The notes: a model not told the origin generated them from the letters alone. Shown: positions 28,590 through 42,040, numbered from the stretch's first letter. The stretch is DNA of 64,000 bases from Octopus vulgaris (GCA_951406725.2 OX597834.1:44392001-44456000), one strand, 5' to 3'. Program-made: numbers and translations.

Positions 28590-29154
28590 TTGGGTTGTCC
28601 GGAAAGTTCGAGCCGATTTTTAAAGGAAAGAAAAAGGTCAAAAAATACTTGCCATTACATTTTTAATCAACCAAATATGAACCATATTGTTGCACAATGC
28701 GTCTCCATCTTTCTTTTAACTTGAAAATACCCTCTTCCCAGAACTGAGGTGGTTTCATGGCAAAGAATTCATCAAATTATCTTTTTACGTCATCCAAGGA
28801 ATTGAAATTTTTACCATTAAGACTATTCTGCAGAGACCTGAATAAGAGGAAATCCGAAGGAACAATATCTAGGGAATATGGAGGGTGGGGTAACAGATCC
28901 CAGCCGAGCTGCAGCATTTTTTGTCTGGTTCCCAAAACATCAAGTGCTGAAAATGAACTTTCTTATCTTCTATTTTAAAGGATTACAGAATTAACATAGG
29001 TTATAGGAACATAAACCTTCTTCTACGAAAAGATAGCTTAAACTGTGCTTTAAATGGAGGTACAGTCAAATCCTATTTTATGGACTCAACCATGTTTAAA
29101 ATGAGTCGGAAGGTAAGCTACTATAAATCGGCACGAACTTTCCGGACATCCCAA
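28590..29154 (-). mobile_element. internally deleted mariner element with both TIRs
   Basis: TA|ttgggttgtccggaaagttcgagccgattt ... aaatcggcacgaactttccggacatcccaa|TA. Minus strand encodes a mariner C-terminus LGWDLLPHPPYSLDIVPSDFLLFRSLQNSLNGKNF...WRRIVQQYGSYLVD* with one internal stop. Confidence 0.92.
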
Positions 29155-29672
29155 TATATGAAGAAAGAAAAATGCATGGAGCGTCACCCTGCAAGGCACA
29201 GACCTGAAATTTAAAATTTCCCTCCAAACTGTGGTAAAATGCAATATATAACATCAATATATTTATGTGAAATTCTTGCTTATATATTTCCCACAAAAAT
29301 TCGTGTAAATTTGTTACAGGAAAACGACTGGCCTTCTGCCTAAGAAAGGAACCAATATATATTGCTATGTTATGTACGATATATCATTTACGGATACACA
29401 CACTCAGACACAAGAAAAAAAATTAAAAGAAAGGATATGACAGAATCTTCAATAAAGCCAACCTGAGAGAGAAGAAAAAAATATTCCATAGATTTATAGA
29501 AAGGAATATATTGCCAAATTATCATATATTGTCAAAGAAATAGCTGTCGATGTTTCAAACAGATCCAATTTACCAAATGTAATATTAAAATGGGATTTTT
29601 CGTTTAAGTATTGTTTTCATTTTCCCTCACATATTTTCTTTCTCTGTCCTCTCTCTCTCTCTCTCGCCCTCT

Positions 29673-29741
<69 letters not shown>

Positions 29742-30909
29742 CACACACATACATATACAGATATAAGAATATGTCGTGTAAGTATATATTTAGATATGTA
29801 TAAATATGTACACATATATGTATATGTATTTGTATATACATGTACGTATATATATTTTATGCATATATTGTGTAATATATATATATATATATATATACAA
29901 ATGTACATATATATATATATGTACACGCACGCACACAAACACACGCACACATATATGTATATGTATTTGTATATATATATATATATAAATGATGAGATTC
30001 AGAGATGTGGTTATATAGAGATGTGTGAATATATATACATACCCAATGCTCACATATATGTCCACATATATATCCACATACAATCACACCCTCACGCATA
30101 TATGAATATACATGTGAGTATGCGGTTTGTGTGCGTGTGTGTATACTTATATATATTTGAGAATACGTCTACACATCTAGATATTTCTCTGCCTATGTGA
30201 ATGTATTCCTAGATATTCCGATGCATGTGACGACGCGTGTGGGAGTGAGATTGCACGCGTATTTTGACAGGCAATAAAATACACTTTCGATCGTCAGATG
30301 TAATTGGTTATGTTTATTTGCTGCGATGGACACAATGAAGCATTCAGCCCGACATTCCTTTTCCTGTTGGGTTATTTATCTAGATTTATATAAATAAATG
30401 CTTCTATAGTGACTCTTTAGAGAGAGGCAATAGGGCGAGCCTGTACGATGAAAAATACACATGTTATTAGTGGTTCTAAATAGAGTCTATATTGAGGAGC
30501 TTGGCAGTAGGGACATCGACTATAGTGTGAAGAGAGATATAGTGTGTGGTGAGGGAAGGAGTCGGATACTAGTTACGAGAAATGGACTATGTTGTGATTA
30601 GAAGAGTGTGGAGTGGTGAGCGAGTGTGAGTTGGTTGGTTGGGAGAGGAAACATAGGCTGTTGTAAGGATGCAAAGACATTGGTCAGGTAACAAAGACTA
30701 TTGTTAGCAGACAGAGACTGGGACGAGAATGGTAAGGCTGGGTGAGGCGACAGACAGTTGTGAGAGGATGTAATATGACGATGAGAAATTCCGACTTTGG
30801 CGAAGAGAAAGAATCTAGGGTGAAGAGAGATGATGAAGTTTGAAGTAAGGAGAGATGCACAGATTGTGATAACATGATAATGTCTGAGATGCGGAAGCAT
30901 TGATTATGT

Positions 30910-31040
30910 TACTGTTCTACATTTTATTGGTGAGGAATTCTGTATATTATTTACAAACTTACATTGGATGGATATGTGTCCTCATCTTGTTTGTTTACTC
31001 TCCAACCTTCATCAGGTGTCCTGGTGGAATTTTGAACCCA
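30910..31040 (-). mobile_element. tail of the HHR-bearing SINE family, internally deleted
   Basis: Minus strand gacacCTGATGAaggttggagag[deletion]aaacaaacaagatgaggacacatatccatccaatgt matches 5045-5130 and 39743-39878. Confidence 0.7.
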
Positions 31041-31791
31041 ACCCAGCATTCAAAAACCTAACCCTTGTATTCAAAAAATACCTTAGGGATGCGACTCAAG
31101 GGTTGGCGTATAAACAAGACATGGTCTTCGCTGAAGAGTAAAGACGTAATTGCAAACTGATTTGATAGAGCTTAATGGCAATGCGAACAAGTGTTCGAGA
31201 TGGAAAGAGCTACGAAGAATTGATGTAATCTGAAATTACTATTCGTCGATCGTAGTTTTTCAAGCAAATTACTCACCTAGCTGGCCATGCTGGGTCACGA
31301 AATCATAATGACAGATGTAAAACATATAAAAGATATGGATTTTTGTCCTTTTCAAAAGGTTAAGACTATTATGATTTAAATATAAGAAATAAATAAAATT
31401 TAAACAAAAAACAGGAAAACAAAAACATGTATGTGTATAGCATAAATGCCCTGGAGTCTTCATTAACCTGGGAAATTATAAAAAGGAAATTATATTTATG
31501 ATGTAATAGGTTTAGTAATTACATTATATATTTTCAGTTTAGATAACGTGTCTGAAAATAACATGTAAATCCCCCCCTCTCTCTCTCTCTCAAACACACA
31601 CATACACACATACATGGCATGACTATTTATTGTTTTGATCAACGTATAGGCATTACAAGTGATGGAAGATCCTCCATAACTTTGCTCAACTGAGCAACAG
31701 CGGAAACCGGTTAGCTAACCATGAAGTTGCCTCTACTGTAAAACCTCATTAGCCGCAATACACACGCACACACAACACACACACACACACA

Positions 31792-32113
31792 GTGAAGATG
31801 CGTGGCTTAGTGGTTAGGGTATTTGGCTCACGATTGGAAGGTCGTGAGTTCAATCTCCGGCAACACGTTGAGTCCTTGAGCAAGACATTTTATTTCACGT
31901 TGCTCCGATCCACTCACCTGGCAAAAAATGAGTTGTACTTGTATTCCGAAGACCCAGCTTTGTCACACTCTGTCACACTAAATCCCCCTGAGAACTACAT
32001 TAAATGTATACGTGTCTGTAGAGTGCTGAGCCACTTGCACGTTAATTCCACGAGCCGACTGTCCCATTGTTCCGATCAACTGGAACCCTCGTCGTCATAA
32101 ACGGTGGAGTGTC
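31792..32113 (+). mobile_element. tRNA-derived SINE
   Basis: A box TGGCTTAGTGG, B box GAGTTCAATCT; 3' tail gatcaactggaaccctcgtcgtc shared with 47963-48130. Confidence 0.85.
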
Positions 32114-32194
32114 ATAAATATATTTACGAGGATTGTTGATTAAAGATTTCTCCTCAACCACTTTTGTACTCTTTCGCCCCCTTTTCTACTCTTT

Positions 32195-32365
32195 CGACCC
32201 CTTTTGTACTCTTTTGCCCCAACATTCTCTCACTCTTTCTTCCTGCTTCTTGAGTAACGCTGGGATGGACTGGTGTACCGTCAAGCTGGGGGGAACACAT
32301 ACACCATAGAAACCGGGAAACCGGGCCCATGAGTCCGGCTAGGCTCGAAAAGGGCGCATGATGAT
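32195..32365 (+). mobile_element. SINE 3' fragment
   Basis: ctctcactctttcttcctgc body as in the 5649 family; tail ccatagaaaccgggaaaccgggccc related to 34250-34290 on the minus strand. Confidence 0.6.
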
Positions 32366-32573
32366 AAAATATTATATTATATGTATGTACGTATGTATTT
32401 ATCTTAAAACCAAATTCTTTAAGGCGGAGCAATTTTTGTCTAGAACCACATTTGTATAGCATTCCATATCAACATGGAAATCAATGTGAAAATAGATTTT
32501 TGCGTTTCGTCACGTCATCTTCCAGAAAGCTAATCTTCGGTAACGTTTGGCGTCCCCGAGTATATCTATGTAA

Positions 32574-32619
<46 letters not shown>

Positions 32620-32764
32620 CGCTTTTCCGACACTTTTTCGACACCCAGTAAATAGCTCCGTGTGTGTGCTTGTATTTGTATGAGTGCTTGTACGCACGTT
32701 TGTGAGTGTATACGCTCAAATATTTATGCATATGTATATACACATATAAACATCTCTCTCCTTC

Positions 32765-32851
<87 letters not shown>

Positions 32852-33082
32852 TATACACACAAGCAGGAACACGCACACATAGAGGGAAAATTATTTTTAC
32901 AAATATTAATGTGCACATACATATATATACATATATACATTCATTTTTTTCCCTATTTGCAGCAGGTTCGATTGAGAGACTGAGAAGTCAACCTCTTTCC
33001 CTCTCCCAACCGCTTTCTTCAAATACATATAACATATACAACATATATATACATATATTAAATAGATATATTATATATATAC

Positions 33083-33256
<174 letters not shown>

Positions 33257-33454
33257 GTATGTATGTATGTATATCGACTCAAAAATATATACATCATATT
33301 TCTATTTTCTAATAAATCTGCAAAAATGTCGAAATATTTTGAGATTTCAATATTTCCAACCTTATTATTGTTATTGATACGCAAGTTGTGATTAATATTA
33401 CTCTCGCAGAGTCGATCGATTTTTGTTTAATATTTTGTAACGTGTCTTGTTATT

Positions 33455-34210
33455 ACTGTTGTTGTTGTTGTTGTTCTTGTTGATGTTGAAGTTCTCGTTG
33501 TTGTTGTTGTTGTTGTTGACTGTGGTGGTGGTGGTGGTGGTGGTGTTGGCGGCATCGGTGACCCTCGTGATAATTGCACGTTATGCCTAACGTTATTTTT
33601 GTTGTTTAAGCCCATCGCCTTCTTCTCTCTCTGTTCAATCAATGGCTTTCACATCGTCAACATCTCATCTTTTATTTAAGATATTCACCGCCTGAATCAC
33701 AACATCGATGGTTGTCATTTCTCCGTGTGATGTTCTTCTCTTTAATTTCTTACCGACTTTGCTTCGGCAGAACTTTTCCCATTGCAAAGAGACCAAGCCA
33801 CATTAATGTTTTCGTCCCTCCTCTAAGACACCAGGGATGCCCTTTAAGAGACATTTTGTCTGTTGATTTTAGGATGAAATCTCAGACAGACATAGTTGAA
33901 TGGAAGGCGGATGGTTCCAGTTTGGGTTTAGGTGGAAACTTTATTAAAGGATAGTATTGTGATTATGATTGTTGTTGTTGTTGTTACGCAACACATATAT
34001 CTGTAATGTTAGTGTTAGTGATGATGGCGATACTGGCTTCCATTTTGTTGTAATGCACCCAGCCCAACTCTGGGTGTATGAGGATGATGATGAAGGTGGT
34101 TGTGGCAGTGGTGTTGTTGGAGGTGGGATGGTGTTGGTGGTGGGAGTGGTGATGAGGATGACGATAATGACGATGATGATGACGACGACGACGACGACGA
34201 TGATAATCAA
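33455..34210. repeat. trinucleotide repeat tracts (GTT/GGT/GAT/GAC)n flanking a unique spacer
   Basis: Tracts at about 33455-33548 and 33955-34210. Confidence 0.8.
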
Positions 34211-34244
34211 GATATAGCAAAGGTAAAGATTACTTTCTCGTGTC

Positions 34245-34465
34245 ATGCCGACCCCCGAGGGCCGGTCTCCCGGTTTCCATGGCGCATAAATACCACAACT
34301 GGACGGGACGCCAGAACGTCGTTGGATTACTCATTTTTACCAGTTGAATGGACTAAAGCCACGTGAAATGCTCAAAAACACAACCCGTCACCTGGTCCAG
34401 GAATCGAAACCACAATCTTACGATCATGAGTTTAATAAGCTGACCGCTAAGCCACATGCCTCCAC
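34245..34465 (-). mobile_element. tRNA-derived SINE
   Basis: Minus head gtggaggcatgTGGCTTAGCGG ... GGTTTCGATTCC; same family as 1810-1990. Confidence 0.75.
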
Positions 34466-34596
34466 TACTCACAGGATATAATTTGTATATATTCATTCTA
34501 TTATAAATGCAAAACAACGGCACGGATGAATCGACGAAGCCTAAATAATAAACAGCGATAGGTGAACCGCGATGTGGCGAGGAATTATTGTATATA

Positions 34597-34830
34597 TATT
34601 TCTTTATTACCCACAAAGGGCTAAACATAGAGAGGACAAACAAGGACAGACAAACGGATTAAGTCGATTATATCGACCCCAGTGCGTAACTGGTACTTAT
34701 TTAATCGACCCCGAAAGGATGAACGGCAAAGTCGACCTCGGCGGAGTTTGAACTCAGGATGGAGCAGCAGACGAAATACCGCCAAGCATTTCGCCCGGCG
34801 TGCTAACGTTTCTGCAAGCTCGCCGCTTTC
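34597..34830 (-). mobile_element. full-length Nin/Deu-domain SINE with TSD
   Basis: Complete head, core and tail; 14-bp TSD aattattgtatata (34583-34596) / aattactgtatata (34831-34844). Confidence 0.9.
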
Positions 34831-35207
34831 AATTACTGTATATAGCCGTATGAACATGTATACCTAAACACATCCGAAAATGAAAACAGTGTTTGAATTT
34901 CTTCATTTGTGAATTTATAAGTAAACCTCGAGAAAAGAAAGGAATTGTAATAACAGGTTAGGAATGAGAAGTGGGTGTTAGAGAATGATATCTACAACGG
35001 AAGCTCACTCTCAAATGGAACGTATAGCATAGCGATATATTTCACTTGCAGCCTGTGAAAATCTTAGGTGAAATTGCGTACATCATAATACAATTTTTCA
35101 ATTTTCCGTCACTCAATAGATACAATTTATCGAACTAGCGCATGGTGGGATAAATAAATGTTATTAAGTATTATTAATACGCTTTTTTTATGTATGTATA
35201 CGCGTGG

Positions 35208-35250
<43 letters not shown>

Positions 35251-35485
35251 TGAACACATGTATATGTAAGTATATAAACATTCGTCTTATATATATATAT
35301 AAATATATATGTAAATATGTATATGCATTTATATATAAATATGTAACCTTAGACATATGCACTTACGTATTCGTAATATATATATATATATATACATGTA
35401 CACACACACGTATTACATATATAAATGTACATGTATACATACACGTATACACAAACAGTCGTAAACATAGATGTGTGCCCCTCAT

Positions 35486-35531
<46 letters not shown>

Positions 35532-36712
35532 CATACATATATATATACATACATATATATATATATATACATACATATATATATATACATACATATATAT
35601 ATATACATATATATATATATGACATATATAAGTGTTTGTAATCATGTGTTTGCCAGTATGTATGCACGGTTGTATAACATAAATGTGAGTATGTAATTCG
35701 TATGCCTGAATATATATATACATATAAACATATATATATATATATATATATATGTAAGGGTGTTTCTGTACTTTCACATGTAAAGCTGAATTTAAAAAAG
35801 AAGAGAAGAACAAAATAACAAAGAAAGAAACATGCTTTTAAGCTCAATATTAAATTTCCCTGTCTTGAAATATTTTCTTTTCATTTTGAAAATGGCCATT
35901 ATCATAATTACAGTAATAATAAGAATGTATTAATATCATTATTAATATTGTTCTTATTGTCATTTAGATCATGTTATTCGTTTTTCTATATTAAAACATT
36001 ATTGATATTCTAGATCCAAATGTTTATATGTGTGTGGTTGTAGAAAGAGAATAAACGTGTGAATGAGAGAGAGAGTGAAGGTGGGGGGGGGGGGAAGAAG
36101 CAAATGTGGTTTGCAGAGGAGAAAAACGACGAAATACGCCGTAATGTAGTTTATTTTATATTAAATTATTATGGAATGGTATGCTTCATGGCTTGTCGCT
36201 TGATAAGCCGAAGACATGAGGCTGTAATAAAATCAGATAGCATATTAAGACATCTCTCTCTCTTTCACGATGTCACTTTATGCCTCTTACTTATCCTCAC
36301 CCTGTTTCACAGTTTTCCTCTCTCTTATTGTCTCCCTTGGCAATTTATTTCAATCCTTCTTTCTCACTCACTCCGATTCTTACGCCATGTTTCTTCTTTT
36401 ACTATAGACTTTCTTTCATAGCTGTCCCGCTGGCTGGTTATTTATTACCTAAATATCTAATATGCTAGATATGAGCATTTGTCGAACTAGTTCTTATATG
36501 TGTTTATTTTAGTTTTCCTTCTCGATTAATTTATTTGGTTCCAATTTGTTAACGGCTTACACAATACATGTTCCATTATTTCATTCTGCAGCCAGATGAA
36601 AGCCGATTATTCATACGCTTACACCGACACCCAAATACGACGAAAACATCACGTGTCTCTATATTTCTATGTCTGCCACAGACGCGATAATACCCGGCAA
36701 GGAAACACACTA

Positions 36713-36743
<31 letters not shown>

Positions 36744-36786
36744 CACACACATACACTCTCTCACACACACACACGCGCGCACACAT

Positions 36787-36943
36787 TATTCTTTTACTTG
36801 TTTCAGTCATTTGACAGCGGCTATGCTGGAGCATCGCCTTTAGTCGAACAAATCGACCACAGGACTTATTCTTTGTAAGCCTGGAACTTATTCTATCGGT
36901 CTCTTTTGCCGAACCGCCATATTACGGGGACCTAAACACACCA
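36787..36943 (-). mobile_element. CORE-like (OR-type) SINE 3' tail
   Basis: cttttacttgtttcagtcatttgacagcggctatgctggagcatcgcctttagtcgaacaaatcgacc. Confidence 0.82.
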
Positions 36944-37019
36944 TATATATGTATACATATACATACATACATACATATATATATACATATATATGTATAC
37001 CTATATCTATATATATAGA

Positions 37020-37275
37020 GATAGCACTTGTATACTGTCAACTTAACGTGACAGTCCCATAAAGGGAATCACACCACCGCTATTTAGCCCTAGGAAGCAT
37101 CAACGCTTCCTGACAGCCTTAACACATTTCCTGTGTCCTTATGTTTACAAAGGGGAGACAAGCACCCCCATCCAGCTAAGCCTGCCACCAGAGACTAGTT
37201 TCTGAGTCTTGCTCATCATCAGTCTGGGGTACCATGGCCTGCTAGCTGAAGATACCTGTCTAGACTTTGTAAAAA
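37020..37275 (-). mobile_element. short structured repeat carrying a hammerhead ribozyme (retrozyme / Penelope pLTR-like)
   Basis: Homologous to 38960-39225 (cagtccca(a)taaagggaa, tttagccc, aggggaga(c/t)aagca shared); contains an intact HHR and several hairpins. Confidence 0.7.
37188..37227 (-). ncRNA. intact minimal type I hammerhead ribozyme
   Basis: Minus strand CCAGA-CTGATGA-TGAG caaga CTCA-GAAA-CTA-GTC-TCTGG: perfect core, 5-bp stem I, 4-bp stem II, palindromic stem III ACUAGU, GUC cleavage triplet. Confidence 0.8.
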
Positions 37276-38067
37276 AAAATATATATGTATATATAATTAT
37301 ATATATATAATTTCAGTGAAGTATATTCACTGATTACGAAAAATAGAAATATTAAATTTCATATGACGTGTAACACTCATAGTTGAGTGTTACAATGATG
37401 AGAAAATATTTTCACCATTGTTGTAATAATAGTTAAAGCTACAAAAAATAATTTTCTTTCGCTTCTGTTTTTTCCTACTCCCTGATGTTTATACAAATAA
37501 CGCATTGATTTCCATATTTGAAAACACAAATATCTATTAATTTGTAATAAAATTTAAATAGATTCTACATTAGTATGTATGCAATAAGTTTTAATCAACC
37601 ATAATACTTTTTTAATTATCAATTTGTACAGATATAGTGTATTAATTCAGTTGAGATTTGTGTGAGACTTTTAGCAAGACCAGGCAACCAGAACTTCATA
37701 TTTTAGTGGAGTGTTACCCACCACAATGCCATGATTTCATGTTACGAATATACTTTTTCCACTCGCTATTAGTAGTAAAAGTTACAGAGGTACAATACTT
37801 AAAAGTTCACTTTTTTTTTATCGAAGTTTATACAGTTTAGAAACAATAATAAAATGTAAATGTATCTAATTCAGAAAAAAACAACAACATATATTTAGCT
37901 TTGAATAAGGTTAAATAAAATAGGTTTTCTCATTCGTATATTAGCAATAAATATATGCTGTCAATAAATATAAGTGTTTAAAACTCCATTACTCCATTAC
38001 ATCAATCTAGTAAAAGTCTAGTAATGAACTGTCGGAAAAAATGCCAGAAGTTACATAATTTTCACTT

Positions 38068-38172
<105 letters not shown>

Positions 38173-38212
38173 TGATAGATAGATAGATAGATATAGATAT
38201 ATATAAATACAT

Positions 38213-38268
<56 letters not shown>

Positions 38269-38269
38269 C

Positions 38270-38302
<33 letters not shown>

Positions 38303-38826
38303 CAGTTCAAAACACAACCAATTTTTTCCGGCATTTGATCTATTGATCTGAAAGTATTCAATCAATTATCAGTCCTTTGCATAACTACACCAAAGCAAAG
38401 ATGTTAAAAATGTTCCAAATCACTCTTATAGACACACGTAATAAAACATTGCCACTGATACACCATAACAGCCAAATTTGCTCAAAGTTACTTTCAACTC
38501 ATTTCCACCCTCACTCTCAAGTTTTCTCTAATTATGTTTACATTGCATTCCCAACCCATTTTCATTCTTTTCTTCCTGTTCGAATAAGAATCTCTGGGTC
38601 TGGGTTTATAATTTCTGGCTCAGTGCAAACACAGTTCAAATCCTGTCCAAGATATCTTTACTTTTTATCTTTTCAGGGTAGATGAATAGATTACCAGTTC
38701 ACTGCTATGTTAATTCTTTCATCTGCCTTATTTTCTCAATATTTCTTTGTCTCTCAAAAAGATATTTGTTGCGGTTATGCCTCGGAAAGAATGAGCTCCA
38801 CCAGATCCGGCGGGTATTTCTGCTAG

Positions 38827-38903
<77 letters not shown>

Positions 38904-38959
38904 AAATACTGCATTTCTAAATTTCTCAGAGAGACTTATACAGTAGCAGAACGATAAAA

Positions 38960-39225
38960 TGATGGTTCGTTGCCTACTCAATCTGGCAGTCCCAATAAAG
39001 GGAAGAATGCTACTACTACTACTAATACTACTACTACTTAGCCCCAAGAAACACCGATCCCAGTTGGGTACCTGATACAACCCTTCTGTGTCGTTAAGTT
39101 TTTAAACAGGGGAGATAAGCAGCACCTCCACCCACCAAAGTCAGCACCATAGACAGTTATTGTCCTTCATCAGTGTGGAGTAGCCTGGTTTGCTCGCTGT
39201 GGATGCTTATTCGCTGTTAAAAAAT
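38960..39225 (-). mobile_element. diverged relative of the 37020-37275 repeat with a deleted hammerhead
   Basis: At 39147-39178 the minus strand reads ccaca-CTGATGA-aggacaat[GAAA box lost]aactGTCtatgg. Confidence 0.6.
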
Positions 39226-39379
39226 TATAGAATTTCAAGTGAAATAAATCCACTAATCTACAAATTTAGAAATATTGCGTGTGATATGCTGCCGTATCTT
39301 AACAGTTGAAAAGCTTTAAATTTTTCCTCGAGTTGTTCTTTTATTTGTTTTATTTGCTGTGTCTGGAGAATGAAGTCTT

Positions 39380-39480
39380 CAAGTTCGGTGAAATTGATTG
39401 CACTTGAACTGCTGAGTGTCAATATCTGGAAGAGTTTCAGGAGTTGGGAGAGGGTCATTGATGGACTCGGTAGTGAAGTG
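39380..39480 (-). mobile_element. possible CR1/L2-like LINE 3' end relic
   Basis: Minus-strand peptide LPTPETLPDIDTQQFKCN loosely resembles CR1-type C-termini; weak. Confidence 0.3.
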
Positions 39481-39506
39481 AAAGCAAGCTATAAAAATAA
39501 AACTAA

Positions 39507-39878
<372 letters not shown>

Positions 39879-40469
39879 AAGTTAGTTCATATAAGCCTTT
39901 TCTTATTTCTTGTCCCATTCTATGGATGAAAGCATGCTTCGCTTTCTTCAGTGCTACGACATAACCTTATTATTCATTTCTCTGCAAGCTCCCAATTTCA
40001 TCATTTTGCCTGCAAAATCATGGCGTTAAAATAAAAATAAAAAAATAAAATAGAACTATTATTTCTTCTTCTTTCGGAGACGGAGAACCTTTTTTTCAAA
40101 TGTTGCTTTAAAATTGCTGATATGTTAAAGCCACTTGACAATGTTTCCCTGCAACTAACACATAAAGGCATTTACCATTCTTTGATGATTACAAATATCA
40201 ATCCATACAAAACATATACATAATTACATTTTCTGCTTTCAACGCTGATATTTGGATTCAAATTCCCAGAATGAAATATTAAGAGTATTGTAAGCTAACT
40301 ATAAATACAATATTTCCATAGAGGAAATGAAATATTAATCTTTATTCTTAATTTAGTGTGGCATTCGATAAATCATATTCTAAGATTAAATTTATTTTTA
40401 AATGATTTTTGGGTCTCTTTTTTTTTTCTTCCTCTTCATAGAGCAGTGTGTCAACTTATAAAGTATTGT

Positions 40470-41230
40470 TTCAACTCTCTGTGCAAGCGGGACAGAATTT
40501 ACTGGCAACATCCGTTGTTTCTAATGCCATAGGTTCACAAAGATATTTATCGATCTATGTACCTGCACTGCTTGCTTTTCTCTGCTGACTTCACATCACT
40601 GGAGAGGATGTCAGCTTCCGAGATCCTGTTTCAAGAACTTGATCGGTGACAAAGACATCCCAGATCGTCAAACGATTCGAAGTGTAAAGGAATCCAATCA
40701 TCCTACCCGAGCGCTTGTCTTTATTGCAGTGTATTCCAAAGAGTTTCAAATCCTCTGATATACGTTCGAACAGTGGGGGAAGGAGTTATTTAATTATGTC
40801 GTTTAACAGAGCGTATCGGAGAAATCTCCTAGTACTGAAATAGCACCACTCATACACTTTGAAAAGTTGTAATAATTCAAGCCTTCGCAAAGAACCATGT
40901 CGGAATGCATTGATCTTCGCTATAGTTCTAATCTGAGACGTCAACGGGAGGAATTGCGCTAAAGTCTTCCTATGCCTTTCATCAATTGTCTCATCCCAAT
41001 TGCGTTGCGTCTTATGCGATCTCATTACATTTTCGACAACAAAGCAGCTCACCCATTTGTTTATAGTAGGTAGTGTATGGTTTAAAATAAGAAGTTTCCC
41101 CTGTGTAATATTAGAAATGTTCCTCTGAATAAATTCTTTGGCTATTAATAAAGTCATTAAAATTTTACAATTACCACTTAATGCTTGGTAAGTGGCTGAC
41201 AACAATATCAGCAGATGAAACTCGATGGTT
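40470..41230 (-). pseudogene. degenerate non-LTR retrotransposon C-terminus with restriction-like endonuclease (CRE-like)
   Basis: Ordered minus-strand motifs QRNWD ... RFLRYALLNDIIK ... DKRSGRMIGFLYTSNRLTIWDVFVTD ... YLCEPMALETTDV resemble the CRE-clade pattern RHxxLNDIIK / KRPDGxTxxPW..WD / FxPxAxET; many stops and frameshifts. Confidence 0.55.
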
Positions 41231-42040
41231 GATGATGATTTGGCCCCAAGTTAATCAAATTTGGTTTGGAACTTAAAATCTCGTAAATCTAGATTTCATG
41301 TTTTGTACAACGGGATCTGATAAACTCAGACCATGCTTCTATCAGCTGTTACCTAGTATTCTTGCGACATTAGAGAAGGACTTGGAAATCGTCATCTTCC
41401 CCATCATTTACTGTGGAATGTTCTTTTTACACAACTGCAGAAAGAACTTAGTCTTGGATATCACTGTGGCAACAAAATGTACCTCAAACTCATTCAGATA
41501 CATTCCATGACATACCTGGTTCTTTGCTGTGGTATTTAAGCAACCTGCGATGCTTTGAAGTTCACCATTTTATAATCTTTGCAATTATTCTTCATATGGT
41601 GCTTTTAGCTTGGTTGTTCAGATAAGACAATAAATGATGCACTTAACACATTGTTTGTTAAATACCTGAAGCGGATCAAATGACGGCCGATAATTGTGCT
41701 ATCGTAAAATAAGTACCAATTGACCACTAGGGTCGATGTAGTCGGCTCACCTCTTCCTCAAATTACAGGCCTTTTGCCGAAATTTGAAAATAATATATTG
41801 AATAAAAAAATAATCAAGCAGTTGTTAGTGCCATATGAACCTTGAAGAATTATTGCAATGCATAATATCTTTGTACGAGTTGCTCAGTCTATATCTGGTA
41901 TTGTTTAGTTATAACAATTAAAATGCTTATTGTATGAGTACTCAATACATGTGTTGCATTGTGTGTTCTTCCAGTATTAATGAGATATAGTATACTCCCA
42001 CAGTATCATATTCATGCTCGAATGAATGCATAATAATATA

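Noticed and set aside
30420-30900. Purine-skewed segment resembling an antisense CR1-like LINE relic (similar at 28130-28300)
   Set aside because: I could not recover a diagnostic RT or endonuclease motif by eye.
33427-34366. Pro/Thr/His/Asp-rich ORFs suggestive of a transcription-factor exon
   Set aside because: Fully explained by trinucleotide repeats and an adjacent SINE; no DNA-binding domain seen.
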